A stretch of 64,000 nucleotides of DNA, taken from contig JAUSJG010000027.1 in assembly GCA_030647555.1 (NCBI GenBank), positions 15,532 through 79,531 of the forward strand. The letters are read 5' to 3'. Below, one piece after another: positions 12,301 to 20,645 of this stretch; position 1 is the first letter of the stretch; every line of letters begins with the position of its first letter. The notes under the pieces are model-generated. The model was not told where the DNA came from and did no database searches. It was given only the letters and a program-made list of their open reading frames with translations. The position numbers and the translations under genes are program-made. Source of the DNA: a bacterium (GTDB taxonomy: Bacteria > Patescibacteriota > Andersenbacteria > UBA10190 > CAIZMI01).

Positions 12301-12434
12301 ACTATCAAAATAAACAAACAATAAAGTTGCCAAACCTAAAACCCAACACGAAGTATTATTTCGAGATTATTGTTACCGATCTGCAAAAAGAACAAGCGTA
12401 CGACGCGTATTATAGTTTTGTGACGAAAGAGTAG
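6312..12434 (+). CDS. Giant secreted/surface protein: 2x DUF2341 + LamG/ConA-like, beta-rich region, fibronectin type III repeats
   Basis: Signal peptide and Pro/Thr linker; two WxxRKKITI...DIRFT...WVKxP...YxYYG modules, each followed by GVWH...LDDxRxS LamG-like domains; WxWTDNS.xE.GFKLY FN3 repeats; C-terminal LKPNTKYYF FN3. Confidence 0.8.
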   Translation: MLRTFKSVFPGILTVVLFMGWFSLATPKLFAEEGVASSQETSTTPEVDPLATSGVVLGEATPASTPTPTSDPTPTPNSTPLPTPDPTPAVTPPITPVPNPSPTATPEGTDPENEKPNITKTEEDTDTGKLVTLSAPDETVNNQNVVTGTEIPEIYKVGQEGRIQIKWKNNNDQAMQFKAEDKNNNGKLDYVEWTVPHLSTQVFEIIYISKAFQLDENKEIISDIYDKVKTQDNNWATVKDGQSVRVTFQQVLDNTKDITIHARPKQNPLLSLFQAKPKIEVYPVYSTTPETSGVQASEPIATFQSIDKENTYQILLKDLKTPTDQFDLRVINGDIDFDYIVDPVGWLTNWTHRKKITIANTNVDADLTDFPALVSITADADLATALATGYDIRFTDSGGSTLLSYERESWSGGAGASATGIFWVKVPTIDDTVDTDIYVYYGKSDAVDGQSAVNVWDSNYKGVWHMDDGADTSHINDSTSNGKTGTKEGAATPSQTTGLIGKAQSFAAQQISTSNIGVSTVAGDKTTVDFWMKWDGTDEVMPFGFAAYDLYMHLSGIGFNSAQGDVYGIPTTGFSGNWKHITAVFFNGAYTGNTKIYVNGVSQTLTQLFGGAGSATVSVNPMISGWGYNSGYKFSGLLDDVRISNLERSAEWIKFEYYNQSSANAELTFASQENNVSWLAGWSNRKKITIDHTKVGGGTETQTNFPVLISLTGLSGINANGTDIRFTADDGGTYLAREIESYSAGALTAWVKIPTLSHTADTVIYMYYGNSSATEPAANSTYGSQNVWDSSFKGVWHLKEATGVNNADSTSNANTGTPTNGPVQATGKVDGSLSFDGGDDYVNVGTIINVGNTFSVDAWFNANEVKTAGLVSVIDSGGDGHYGIWTRNDGTVELILDWSTGWTSVSTTYSTNNWIHIIGTFDGTTLRLYKNGILAISNTPSGTPINASNNLVIGAITAASFPFNGLLDDTRVSSTARSAGWIATEYANQNSPGTFYATDDTGGTSNNIVWTDGSGDNLWSTAGNWQGGVVPTASDTAVFNSSATGNVTIDTNASVKGINIASGYTGTITQSASYTVTIGTSGFTQADGVFSAGAGAFTVSGNWAHSAGTFTANSGTVTLNGTAQTISGSTTFYNLTKSVASADTLTFTAGTTQTITNTLTLNGASGQLLSLRSSSTPTQWSIDPQGTKSFSYLDIQDSNNINAVKANAGSTSISSGNNTNWFFDDTLPTIQSVSSDKANNTYTTGTVIDIDLTFSEPVTLTGTGTITLETGTTDQTCDFQVTDSATTTCNYTVQTGDTSSDLTVKTVEGTIKDSAENQMTNFVPASNLAVNKQIVIDTFPTAPSNLTATVLSSSSIKWDWTDNSSNEAGFKLYSSTGTLLATVSTGVTTYTETTLTENTTYNRKVVSYNNAGNSAYSSTVSALTKLNAPSLLSGLAISSTSITWSWTDNSGDETGFKLYDENNDLVATISTVNRTYYTETSLTKGTSYTRKVASYNDDGTSSYSNTVTVQTLALAPASPKLFTPVPGAELDTLTPTFSFGRVSTLDGIKSYTLLIYTEGSTTKSYTITDLPDGSVVNNSDYTAEGNQDSITITLKTEAGLVKGPHTWKVRATDNNNATGDSDFASFTIVLTETTAVISQPTPTATSSPAPLEELAVKPLTPAEVTKQYQAGKTPSRTSPSLWLDNLEKQAQIRADKQTENMDQLLSKFIPFEKIQAFNNRLQAFMQSLQQKLASFFNTMKNQIIAFFTNTTPSSVQRFFAFLSSFFQNTSNWWAELMQQGRANRLALAEQGTNIFVVSFNPVNKVVSSMQAGVFNIIEKFQGINTPKDAILADITANQTALKQSTNRLVEGTVDFFGRQFNATKKIAISLFAGAHTTFRYKVLAGTGVIIRNTGTWLHNLMSQGRENRLALAGSGTKVVNTIIDPVQRVRKAAWLGSIQALEVLEGKDQLKLAIADVHLSEILNNEATLNWSTNRVTYAKVNYGESLMYGEEVFINDYQNKQTIKLPNLKPNTKYYFEIIVTDLQKEQAYDAYYSFVTKE

Positions 12435-12444
12435 ACGGACTGCC

Positions 12445-12595
12445 AGGGTCGGATATCGGGTCGGACTGCTGTAGCGGTCCGACCCGCATTGGTCGGCGAC
12501 ACGTTGCCGCCAATCAAGGTCGGACCGCTCGGCAGTCCGACCTTACGCAGACGGGTCCGACCCTGAACCCAACGTGGTTCAGGGGTCCGACCTTA
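12445..12595. repeat. Cluster of GGTCGGAC/GTCCGACC REP-like palindromes
   Basis: Several GGTCGGAC(N)GTCCGACC hairpins; a closely related cluster lies at 55086-55168. Confidence 0.75.
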
Positions 12596-12742
12596 ATGCG
12601 TCGTCTAATTCAGTCCCCTAAATGACGATTTTAGAAATTAGATATTAGTAATTGGAAATTTTTAAAACGATATGATTTTGTCATATCTGCTATTTAGCGT
12701 TATACTATCTTTATCAAAAAACAAACTAACATTTCGTAACAC

Positions 12743-13960
12743 ATGTCCCTATTTTCCAGAAAAGAATCTTATATCGGTTTAGATATTGGTACGTCTTCAA
12801 TAAAGATTGTTGAATTGAAGCGAGAGGGGAAGGATCAAATAAGATTAGTTACCTATGCGTCCGCGAAGAGCGCGGAGTCTTTGGCGAGTGATCAAAACAA
12901 TTCAGCCGTCGCGCATGTTGCGACAATCGCGCACGAGATATTACGGCGCGCGGGGGTGACTTCTTCGGAAGTGGTAGCCGCGCTTCCCAGTTTGTCTGTT
13001 TTTTCTGCTGTACTTTCTCTCCCTGATATGAGTGAACGTGATTTGGAAAAGGCGGTTGTTTTGGCGGCCAAAAATTATGTACCATCGCCATTAAAGGATG
13101 TTGTTTTGGGTTGGACGGTGATGAAGGAGGGTATTTCGTCAAAACCGGCATTGCCTGTGGATAAATCCAATAATCAGATGCAGTCGGTTGTAGGTGCCGT
13201 GGGAAAATTTGTTGATTTGAAAAAAAATGAAAATTCGGGCCAAGAGAAGCAAATTGTTCCGGTTGTTCCCGAAGATAGCGCCGAATTGAAAGTGCGTCGC
13301 CCTCTTGCGAAGAAAAACTCGGAAATATTTTTGACGGCTGCTCCCAAGGAATTGGTGCAACGCTATTCGGCGGTGATTGATCGATTGAATTTGAGCTTGG
13401 TTGCGTTGGAAGTCGAATCTTTTCCACTTTCACGTTCTCTTTTGGGGAACGCGAAGGAACCGGCGTTATTGGTGGATATTGGCGATTTGGCGACAAATTT
13501 TTCGATTGTGGATAACGGTTATTTGCGCATCAACCAGAGTGTCGATATTGGCGGAGCCGTATTAACCAAGGCTGTTGTCTCAAAATTTGGTGTTTCGTTG
13601 GAAGTGGCGGAAGCGCGCAAGTTTTCCTTTGGTTTAACTTCGGAAAAAGATAATGAAAGTACGGCAATGGCTTTAAAACCGGTAGTAAAAGATATTATTG
13701 ATCGAAGTATTAATCTAAAACGTATTTTTGAAAGAAAAAGCAATAAGGTTGTTGGTCGCGTGGTATTGATTGGCGGGGGGGCGAACCTAAAAGGTCTTGC
13801 GCAATTTTGGCAAGAAACATCGGGGATGTTTACCGAGGTGGGAAATCCATGGAAAGGCGTGCGGGTTCCGCTCACTTTAACTAATAAGTTAATTGCAAAC
13901 GGGCCTTCTTTCGCGGTGGCGGTTGGTTTGGCATTGCGCGAATTGGAACTTGGGGACTGA
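12743..13960 (+). CDS. pilM: Type IV pilus assembly protein PilM
   Basis: IGLDIGTSSIKIVEL, LLVDIG, LIGGGANL, GNPW and AVGLALR actin-like motifs. Confidence 0.92.
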   Translation: MSLFSRKESYIGLDIGTSSIKIVELKREGKDQIRLVTYASAKSAESLASDQNNSAVAHVATIAHEILRRAGVTSSEVVAALPSLSVFSAVLSLPDMSERDLEKAVVLAAKNYVPSPLKDVVLGWTVMKEGISSKPALPVDKSNNQMQSVVGAVGKFVDLKKNENSGQEKQIVPVVPEDSAELKVRRPLAKKNSEIFLTAAPKELVQRYSAVIDRLNLSLVALEVESFPLSRSLLGNAKEPALLVDIGDLATNFSIVDNGYLRINQSVDIGGAVLTKAVVSKFGVSLEVAEARKFSFGLTSEKDNESTAMALKPVVKDIIDRSINLKRIFERKSNKVVGRVVLIGGGANLKGLAQFWQETSGMFTEVGNPWKGVRVPLTLTNKLIANGPSFAVAVGLALRELELGD

Positions 13961-14130
13961 CGTAAATAAACTATCCATCTTATGTCCACTACATCTCTGA
14001 CTACAATTACTACTCAATCACAAAATCTCTCACCGTACTTACAGTACGCCTCAAGATTTTGTTCAATCGTAGTAACCGTATTCAGAGCGTATTGAACAGA
14101 ATATGGACAGGTTATTTACGTCAGTCCCCA
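13951..14130. mobile_element. 180-bp MITE with 19-bp perfect terminal inverted repeats
   Basis: TGGGGACTGACGTAAATAA ... TTATTTACGTCAGTCCCCA, with imperfect palindromy throughout; supplies the pilM stop codon. Confidence 0.78.
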
Positions 14131-14192
14131 AAGCGAGTAAAATAGAATAAGTTATTCACAGGAGAGATATACACACTAAACAAAACACTACA

Positions 14193-14843
14193 ATGCCGAA
14201 AATAAATCTAGCTCAAGAAACAATGCGAAACCAAGCCATTGCGCGACGACGCAAGGTTGTGTATTTATTTTCGATTGTCGTCTTGGTGATTGTTGGTGCG
14301 TTTTATTTTGGCGTTTTGTTGCTAACAAAAAATTCTGAGGGAAAAGTGGCCGAAGTTGATAAACGTATCAAGGGTTTGGAACAACAAATTAAATCGCGCG
14401 AAGTCTCGGCAAAACAGATCAAGGCGTTTAGTATGCGTTTAGTTAATGTGGAGAGTCTTCTGAAAAACCATACGCGCTGGTCAACGACTTTGAGTGAGCT
14501 GGAGCGCCTAGTTTTGCCATCTGTTAGCATCCTTGGATTAAATGGCGGTGCGGATACCAAAGAGATCACGATGGATGTTTCGGCGCCAACAATCGAAACC
14601 GCGGCCGATCTTGTCGTGTCGCTAGAATCGGAGGCAAAAAATAATGAAACATTTTTCAGTAACGTTATTGCGTCATCATTGGGTTCGAGTAGTTCGAGCA
14701 GTTCAACGCCTAACGCAAGTACTGTTTTTGCTACAAAGCTTAAGTTTATAGTTAAACCGGAAGGGTTTCTTGATAAGAACATTTCCGTTTCTTCAGCCGA
14801 GTCTCCGGCTGTGGCGACGCCCGTTAATCCATTAATTCCCTAA
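14193..14843 (+). CDS. pilN: PilN-like pilus assembly protein
   Basis: N-terminal INL motif, single TM helix, coiled coil; position after pilM. Confidence 0.75.
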   Translation: MPKINLAQETMRNQAIARRRKVVYLFSIVVLVIVGAFYFGVLLLTKNSEGKVAEVDKRIKGLEQQIKSREVSAKQIKAFSMRLVNVESLLKNHTRWSTTLSELERLVLPSVSILGLNGGADTKEITMDVSAPTIETAADLVVSLESEAKNNETFFSNVIASSLGSSSSSSSTPNASTVFATKLKFIVKPEGFLDKNISVSSAESPAVATPVNPLIP

Positions 14844-14847
14844 TCTT

Positions 14848-15495
14848 ATGGCACGCGCAACAACTGGTCTTTCTTACCTAACATTTGGTGTTGTAGTTTT
14901 GGGCTCATTAGTCTTTGGTGTTTTCGTCTTAATTCCGCAATTTGGACAATACAATTCGGCAAACGCGCAATTGGCACAGGCGTTAACGCAAGAACAAAAT
15001 AACCAAGCCTTCTTGGATAATTTGGATCTGCGAACTGAAGAGTTGAAAAAATATAGTGCTGATGCGAAAGCGCTTAGTGTGGTTTTGCCGGATAGATTTA
15101 TGCAGAGCAGTTTTTGGGTAAATATTAATGATTTGGCCATAAAGGCGGGAGTAGTGGTAAACACGATAAGTGATTCAAAAAAAGAAGCTGTTCCGCAAAG
15201 TAATACAAATCAACCAGTGGTGACCGCAAAATCCGTGTTGGCGAGTGACGGCACTCCGGTTGTTCAGGAAAATATTGTTTCGTCTCCAACCTCGAGATTG
15301 GAAAAATGGGTGACGTCTATTCAGGTTAAAGGTAACTATTCGCAGATTAGGGCGTTTATCAAGAATTTAGAGAGTTCTCTTATTCTTTCGGATTTGAAGG
15401 AGCTTAAGTTGTCTCCGGGAGCGTCTTCCGATAAAAGTACCGTAGTGGATATGCTTTCGGCCGACATGACGATTCGAACATATGTTCAACCTTAG
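14848..15495 (+). CDS. pilO: PilO-like pilus assembly protein
   Basis: TM helix, coiled coil, GNYSQIRAFIKNLE motif. Confidence 0.78.
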   Translation: MARATTGLSYLTFGVVVLGSLVFGVFVLIPQFGQYNSANAQLAQALTQEQNNQAFLDNLDLRTEELKKYSADAKALSVVLPDRFMQSSFWVNINDLAIKAGVVVNTISDSKKEAVPQSNTNQPVVTAKSVLASDGTPVVQENIVSSPTSRLEKWVTSIQVKGNYSQIRAFIKNLESSLILSDLKELKLSPGASSDKSTVVDMLSADMTIRTYVQP

Positions 15496-15512
15496 TTCAT
15501 AATACCGATACC

Positions 15513-15806
15513 ATGAATTCACAAAATATCAGAGTTGTCGCTTATAGTGCAGTGGGGGTATTAGTATTAGTGCTTGTTGGTATTGTTAGTTACATTTATT
15601 TATCCGGCCGACAGCCGGCGGGTTTACAGCAGGTTGCGCGTTTAAATGTGGGCGGTGTTTCGTCGAATGAGGCTAATAGTCCCTTTAATGTCGCGGTGTT
15701 AAACAGTGGTGCGTATAAAGCGCTGGATAAGTCCTTGCTTGATGCGGATAAGTTGCCCGTAAAAGTGCCGGAAAACAGAGGTAAAGCCAATCTTTTTGGA
15801 ATATAG
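15513..15806 (+). CDS. Small membrane-anchored pilus-associated protein (PilP-position analogue)
   Basis: N-terminal TM helix, C-terminal GKANLF resembling a GRxNPF motif; lies between pilO and pilB. Confidence 0.6.
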   Translation: MNSQNIRVVAYSAVGVLVLVLVGIVSYIYLSGRQPAGLQQVARLNVGGVSSNEANSPFNVAVLNSGAYKALDKSLLDADKLPVKVPENRGKANLFGI

Positions 15807-15880
15807 TTTTAATGAGAGGAGAATGAGTGAAGAAATATTCAGGGCGGTAACGCTTGAGTAATTTGCGATTTTTAAAAAAT

Positions 15881-17626
15881 ATGGCTCAATATAATCAAGG
15901 TTCAATCGAAGATGTCTTAGAAGAATGGGGTTTTCTTGCGACTGATCAAAAAGAAACACTTAGGGATACGGCGATTAAAAGTGGTCGCACGATCGATGAG
16001 ATTTTGTTGAGTGAAAGAGTTGTTCCCGAAGAGCAGTTTTATCGTGCCAAAGGAAAAGTACTTGGTATTCCATACATCAATTTGGCAGATTTAGAGATAC
16101 AACCGGACGCCGTTTCAGTTATTGCCGCGGATGTGGCAAAGAATTATAATTTTTTAGCTTTTGCTAAAGACGGGACGACATTGCATGTGGCAATGGCCCA
16201 ACCGGACGACTTTCAGGCGTTGGAAGCATTAAAATTTCTAACAAAAAATACGGGCTTAAAAACGGAAATTCATATCGCTTCGGCCACATCTGTTTTGGAC
16301 GCGCTTTCAAAGATTTCCGGTGGCTTGACCGGGGAAGTGCAGAGCGCGATCAGAGAGTTTAATGAGGAATTGGAAGATGTTCGAAAGGATGTAAGGGGCG
16401 GTGACAGAGATGTGGAAAAAATAGTCGGCGAAGCGCCCGTTACAAAAGCGGTGGCGGTTATTTTACGCCACGGCATTGAAGGAAAGGCGTCGGATGTACA
16501 CATTGAACCAAGCGCGGAAAATTTGCGCGTCAGATTTCGTGTTGATGGGTTGCTATATACGAGCCTTCTTTTGCCGTTAAAACTGCATAATCCGTTAACA
16601 TCGCGTATTAAAATTTTAAGTAATTTAAAAATAGACGAACAGAGATTGCCACAAGACGGTCGGTTTTCCACAAGCGCCGGTGGGCATGAATATGACATCC
16701 GTGTCTCTATTTTGCCAACGGTCTACGGTGAAAAAATTGTTTTACGTATTTTGGACAAATCGCAAGGGGCGGTACCGTTTGAAAAACTTGGTTATACCGG
16801 TGTGCGCTTGGAACACTTCAAAGCATCTTTAGCTAAGCCACACGGATTAATATTGATCACCGGCCCAACCGGTTCTGGAAAATCAACAACGTTATACACA
16901 GCTATTGATAGCATCTGTGATTCAACTCTTAATGTTGTTACTCTCGAAGATCCTGTTGAATATCGTATCGCGGGCACCAATCAGTCACAAATTAATTCGG
17001 ATATTAATTTTTCTTTTGCTAATGGTTTACGAAGTATTTTGCGTCAAGATCCCGATATAATTATGGTTGGAGAAATTCGTGACAAAGAAACGGCCGAATT
17101 GGCGGTACATGCCGCGTTAACCGGTCATTTGGTGTTGTCTACGTTGCATACCAATGACGCAATCGGCGCAATTCCGCGCTTGATCGACATGGGACTTGAA
17201 CCGTTTTTGTTGGCTGCCGTGTTTCGCGTGGTTGGCGCGCAACGTTTGGTTAGACGTCTTTGTGAAGCGTGTAAAAAAGAAGTTCCCATTCCAATGGAAT
17301 TTCGTGATATAATAACCAATGTAATCGCAACTGTTCCTGATTCAGAAAAAACGGAAGCAAATCAGAAAGATCCTAAGGTTCTTTATGAAGCCGAGGGATG
17401 TAAGGATTGTGGTGGCAAGGGCACGAGCGGGCGTATCGCTGTCGTGGAAGTTATCCCAATTACAGAGGATTTAAGGCAGGCGATGATGTTGCGTAAATCG
17501 CAAGCGGATATGTATAAGATTGTTGTAAAGGAAAGAATTCTTTCAATGCGTCAAGACGGTTTTCTTAAAGCGTTACTCGGAGTAGTATCATTAAGAGAGG
17601 TTCTCGAAGTTACGTCAGAGGATTAG
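15881..17626 (+). CDS. pilB: Type IV pilus assembly ATPase PilB/GspE
   Basis: GPTGSGKST, TLEDPVE, LRQDPD, GHLVLSTLH and tetracysteine motif; ATG at 15881 preferred. Confidence 0.93.
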   Translation: MAQYNQGSIEDVLEEWGFLATDQKETLRDTAIKSGRTIDEILLSERVVPEEQFYRAKGKVLGIPYINLADLEIQPDAVSVIAADVAKNYNFLAFAKDGTTLHVAMAQPDDFQALEALKFLTKNTGLKTEIHIASATSVLDALSKISGGLTGEVQSAIREFNEELEDVRKDVRGGDRDVEKIVGEAPVTKAVAVILRHGIEGKASDVHIEPSAENLRVRFRVDGLLYTSLLLPLKLHNPLTSRIKILSNLKIDEQRLPQDGRFSTSAGGHEYDIRVSILPTVYGEKIVLRILDKSQGAVPFEKLGYTGVRLEHFKASLAKPHGLILITGPTGSGKSTTLYTAIDSICDSTLNVVTLEDPVEYRIAGTNQSQINSDINFSFANGLRSILRQDPDIIMVGEIRDKETAELAVHAALTGHLVLSTLHTNDAIGAIPRLIDMGLEPFLLAAVFRVVGAQRLVRRLCEACKKEVPIPMEFRDIITNVIATVPDSEKTEANQKDPKVLYEAEGCKDCGGKGTSGRIAVVEVIPITEDLRQAMMLRKSQADMYKIVVKERILSMRQDGFLKALLGVVSLREVLEVTSED

Positions 17627-17665
17627 TAAGTGTAAAATTTTTTATCATTAGCAAACCATCTGATT

Positions 17666-18055
17666 ATGGATCCAGCCAAAGCAAAAATATTACTAGTTGA
17701 AGATGATACGTTCATTTCGGGCATGTACCAAACAAAACTTTCGATGCTTGGCTATTCAGTGCGGGTTGCTTCTGACGGTGAAGCAGGGTGGGCAGAGTTG
17801 CAAAAAGAGGCACCGAATATTGTTTTGCTGGATATTGTTCTTCCCAAAAAAGATGGCTTTGAGATTCTTAGTGAAATCAGAGCAAGCGCGACTTTAAAGA
17901 ATTTGCCGGTAATTTTATTAACAAACCTTGGTCAAAAACCGGACGTTCAGAAAGGTTTGGAATTAGGCGCCGATGACTATATTATTAAGGCGCATTTCAC
18001 GCCAACTGAAGTTGTGGAAAAGATTGAAAAAATGTTAGCCAAAAAAATAGCCTGA
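17666..18055 (+). CDS. Single-domain response regulator (receiver)
   Basis: ILLVEDD, LLDIVLP (phospho-Asp), LTN and GADDYIIK motifs. Confidence 0.9.
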   Translation: MDPAKAKILLVEDDTFISGMYQTKLSMLGYSVRVASDGEAGWAELQKEAPNIVLLDIVLPKKDGFEILSEIRASATLKNLPVILLTNLGQKPDVQKGLELGADDYIIKAHFTPTEVVEKIEKMLAKKIA

Positions 18056-18084
18056 AGTAGTAGCAGATTTAATAACATAAAAAA

Positions 18085-19182
18085 ATGATCGGACGAACAC
18101 CGGAAAATCTTCTTAAAGACCTTTTCGAGCATGTAATTAGTCGTAATGCGTCTGATTTGCACTTGTCGGTGGGGAGACCGCCCGTAATTCGTATCGATGG
18201 GAAACTTTTTTCGGTTCCGGAGGTTGGTGTGTTAACAAAAATTGATTTAAATGAGGTGTTTAAGGCGATTGGTGGAGAAGAAAGGGCCAAGAAATTTGAT
18301 CAAGGTCAACAAGAGGTGGATTTTGCCTTTGCGCATGAAAGCGGTTTCCGCTTCCGTGTTAATGTCTATTTAACTTCTCAGGCGATAACAATCGCCATGC
18401 GGACAATTCCTCGCGACATTCGTACCTTGGATGAATTAAGTCTTCCGCACGAATTAGAGCAGTTTGCAAAACCGTCGCAAGGTTTTGTTTTAATTACCGG
18501 CCCAACTGGACACGGAAAAACAACTACCATGACGGCGATTGTGAATATAATTAATCGATCGAAAGTTGCTCATGTTATTACTATTGAAGATCCTGTGGAA
18601 TATGTTTACGTGGAAGATAAATGCCTGATTCATCAACGGGAAATTGGTCGTGATACCGAATCATTCTCGCAGGCGCTGAAAATGGCTTTTCGTGAAGACC
18701 CGAATGTCGTAGTGGTTGGTGAAATGCGTGATTTGGATAGCATTGCTACGGCTTTAACTATCGCGGAAACCGGTCACATGGTGTTTGCCACTTTGCACAC
18801 CAACAATTCCGCGCAAACCATCGACCGTATCGTTGATGTTTTTCCTGTCGGGCAACAGGCCCAAATTAGAACGCAGTTGGCGGGAACATTAACAGGGATT
18901 GTTTCACAGCGGTTAGTGCCGGCCAAGAACGGTGGTCGCTTACCGGCAGTTGAATTGCTTTTGGCCACACCAGCCGTTCGAAACTTAATTCGTGAGGGTG
19001 AAACGGCGCAAATTCCAGGGGTAATTCAAACTAGCGCCTCCCAAGGGATGATTCCTTTGGAAAGATCACTTAAATCGTTGGTTGATCAGAACCTTGTAAC
19101 AGTAGAGGAAGCAATGGTTTTTGCTTCCGACCCGTCGCTTCTTGGGTATAGCGATTTTGCGATGGGCAGTTCTATGGTATAA
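18085..19182 (+). CDS. pilT: Type IV pilus retraction ATPase PilT
   Basis: ASDLHL, GPTGHGKTT, EDPVE, REDPNV, GHMVFATLH and AVRNLIRE motifs. Confidence 0.93.
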   Translation: MIGRTPENLLKDLFEHVISRNASDLHLSVGRPPVIRIDGKLFSVPEVGVLTKIDLNEVFKAIGGEERAKKFDQGQQEVDFAFAHESGFRFRVNVYLTSQAITIAMRTIPRDIRTLDELSLPHELEQFAKPSQGFVLITGPTGHGKTTTMTAIVNIINRSKVAHVITIEDPVEYVYVEDKCLIHQREIGRDTESFSQALKMAFREDPNVVVVGEMRDLDSIATALTIAETGHMVFATLHTNNSAQTIDRIVDVFPVGQQAQIRTQLAGTLTGIVSQRLVPAKNGGRLPAVELLLATPAVRNLIREGETAQIPGVIQTSASQGMIPLERSLKSLVDQNLVTVEEAMVFASDPSLLGYSDFAMGSSMV

Positions 19183-19205
19183 TTTAGTCACACAAATAAA
19201 CACAC

Positions 19206-20414
19206 ATGGCGGACTATCAATATCGCGTACGTAATCGGCAGGGAAACATTTCACGGGGTGTTATTAAAGCATCATCGGAAGAAGAGGCTGTTGAGATGTT
19301 GGGACAACACGGGCTCGTGCCGATTGAAATCCGTGATTCTAAAGATACATCTTTTTTCAGCAAAGAATTAACACTCAAAAACGTATCGGTGCGCGATCGC
19401 GCGATATTCTCGCGTCAATTGGCGACGATGATTTCTTCCGGTATTCCTATTTTACAGGCCCTGCGTATTCTGGTTTCTCAAACGGAAAATTCCAAGCTCG
19501 CCGATATTTTGAGAGAAGCTACATACGATATTGAAGGCGGGGAATCGTTGAGCAATGCGTTAGAAAAATATCCGCACCAATTTTCTGAATTCTTTATTAG
19601 TATGGTACGCAGTGGCGAGCAAAGTGGACGCGTGGCGGAGGCGTTGGAACGATTGGCAGACAACGAGGAAAGGAACTATTCCCTTATTAGCAAAGTGAGA
19701 GGCGCTCTGATTTATCCCGCCTTCGTTATTTCCGCCATGCTGGTAATGGGTCTATTGATGGTGGTGTTTGTTATTCCGCAATTAACGGGGCTGTTTGATC
19801 AGTCGGATGTTGAATTGCCGTTTATCACAAAAGTATTGATGGGAAGTTCCACGGTCATTGGGACTTATTGGTGGTTTATTCTGCTTTTTATAATCGTTGC
19901 AGGTGTTTTAATTTCGTTCTATGTGCGTACAACGGAGGGTAGGTATAATATGCACGCGATAATGTTGCGATTGCCAATTGCCGGTCGGTTACTTCAGAAA
20001 ATGTACCTCGCGCAGTTTACCGGAGCGATGGAAGTGCTGGTGAAAAGTGAAATTCCCGTGGTGCAGGCCTTGATGGTGGCGCGTGATATCATGGGTAATA
20101 AAATTTATCGTCAAATCATTGACGAAACGGCCGAAGAGGTTAAAAACGGTTCAACCATTTCTTCTGCTTTTGAAAAATATCCGGAAATTCCAATGATGGT
20201 TTCGCAGATGATCAGTGTTGGTGAGCGTAGCGGTGAATTGGGCAAGTCTTTAAGTTCCGTGAATCGTTTTTATCAAAGAGAAGTGAACGATGCTGTGCAA
20301 AACATAACGCAATTAATTGAACCGGTTGTTATCGTAGTTCTTGGTGTTGGTGTGGCCGTAATGATTATGGCGGTGTTGATGCCAATTTATCAGTTGGTAA
20401 ATGTGATACAATGA
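19206..20414 (+). CDS. pilC: Type IV pilus platform protein PilC/GspF
   Basis: FSRQLATMISSG, GEQSG, YPAFV, GERSG and IEP motifs. Confidence 0.93.
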   Translation: MADYQYRVRNRQGNISRGVIKASSEEEAVEMLGQHGLVPIEIRDSKDTSFFSKELTLKNVSVRDRAIFSRQLATMISSGIPILQALRILVSQTENSKLADILREATYDIEGGESLSNALEKYPHQFSEFFISMVRSGEQSGRVAEALERLADNEERNYSLISKVRGALIYPAFVISAMLVMGLLMVVFVIPQLTGLFDQSDVELPFITKVLMGSSTVIGTYWWFILLFIIVAGVLISFYVRTTEGRYNMHAIMLRLPIAGRLLQKMYLAQFTGAMEVLVKSEIPVVQALMVARDIMGNKIYRQIIDETAEEVKNGSTISSAFEKYPEIPMMVSQMISVGERSGELGKSLSSVNRFYQREVNDAVQNITQLIEPVVIVVLGVGVAVMIMAVLMPIYQLVNVIQ

Positions 20415-20552
20415 GGGTAGCTTTTAGGTTAATTTTGAACTTAGAAGCAAGATGGGCCTTGAAGAATAACTGGTTTATTTACGCCCAAAATTACCAATGT
20501 CCAATTACCAATTTCCAATGAAATTTCAAATTCCAAAAACGTCGTCTTTGCG

Positions 20553-20582
20553 CCTGCCGGCCGTAGCTTTAGCGAAGGCTGG
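20553..20582 (-). mobile_element. 30-bp hairpin mini-element
   Basis: Reverse complement CCAGCCTTCGCTAAAGCTACGGCCGGCAGG; splits a GTCTTTGCG|AGCC...CAATCTC element. Confidence 0.65.
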
Positions 20583-20630
20583 AGCCAATCTCCTGAACTT
20601 TCGTATTGAAAACATTACTATTTTATCGAG

Positions 20631-20640
20631 AGGAGGTGAT
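20631..20640 (+). promoter_or_regulatory. Extended Shine-Dalgarno site of the probable major pilin
   Basis: AGGAGGTGAT ends 5 nt before the GTG at 20646. Confidence 0.7.
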
Positions 20641-20645
20641 CGCGT

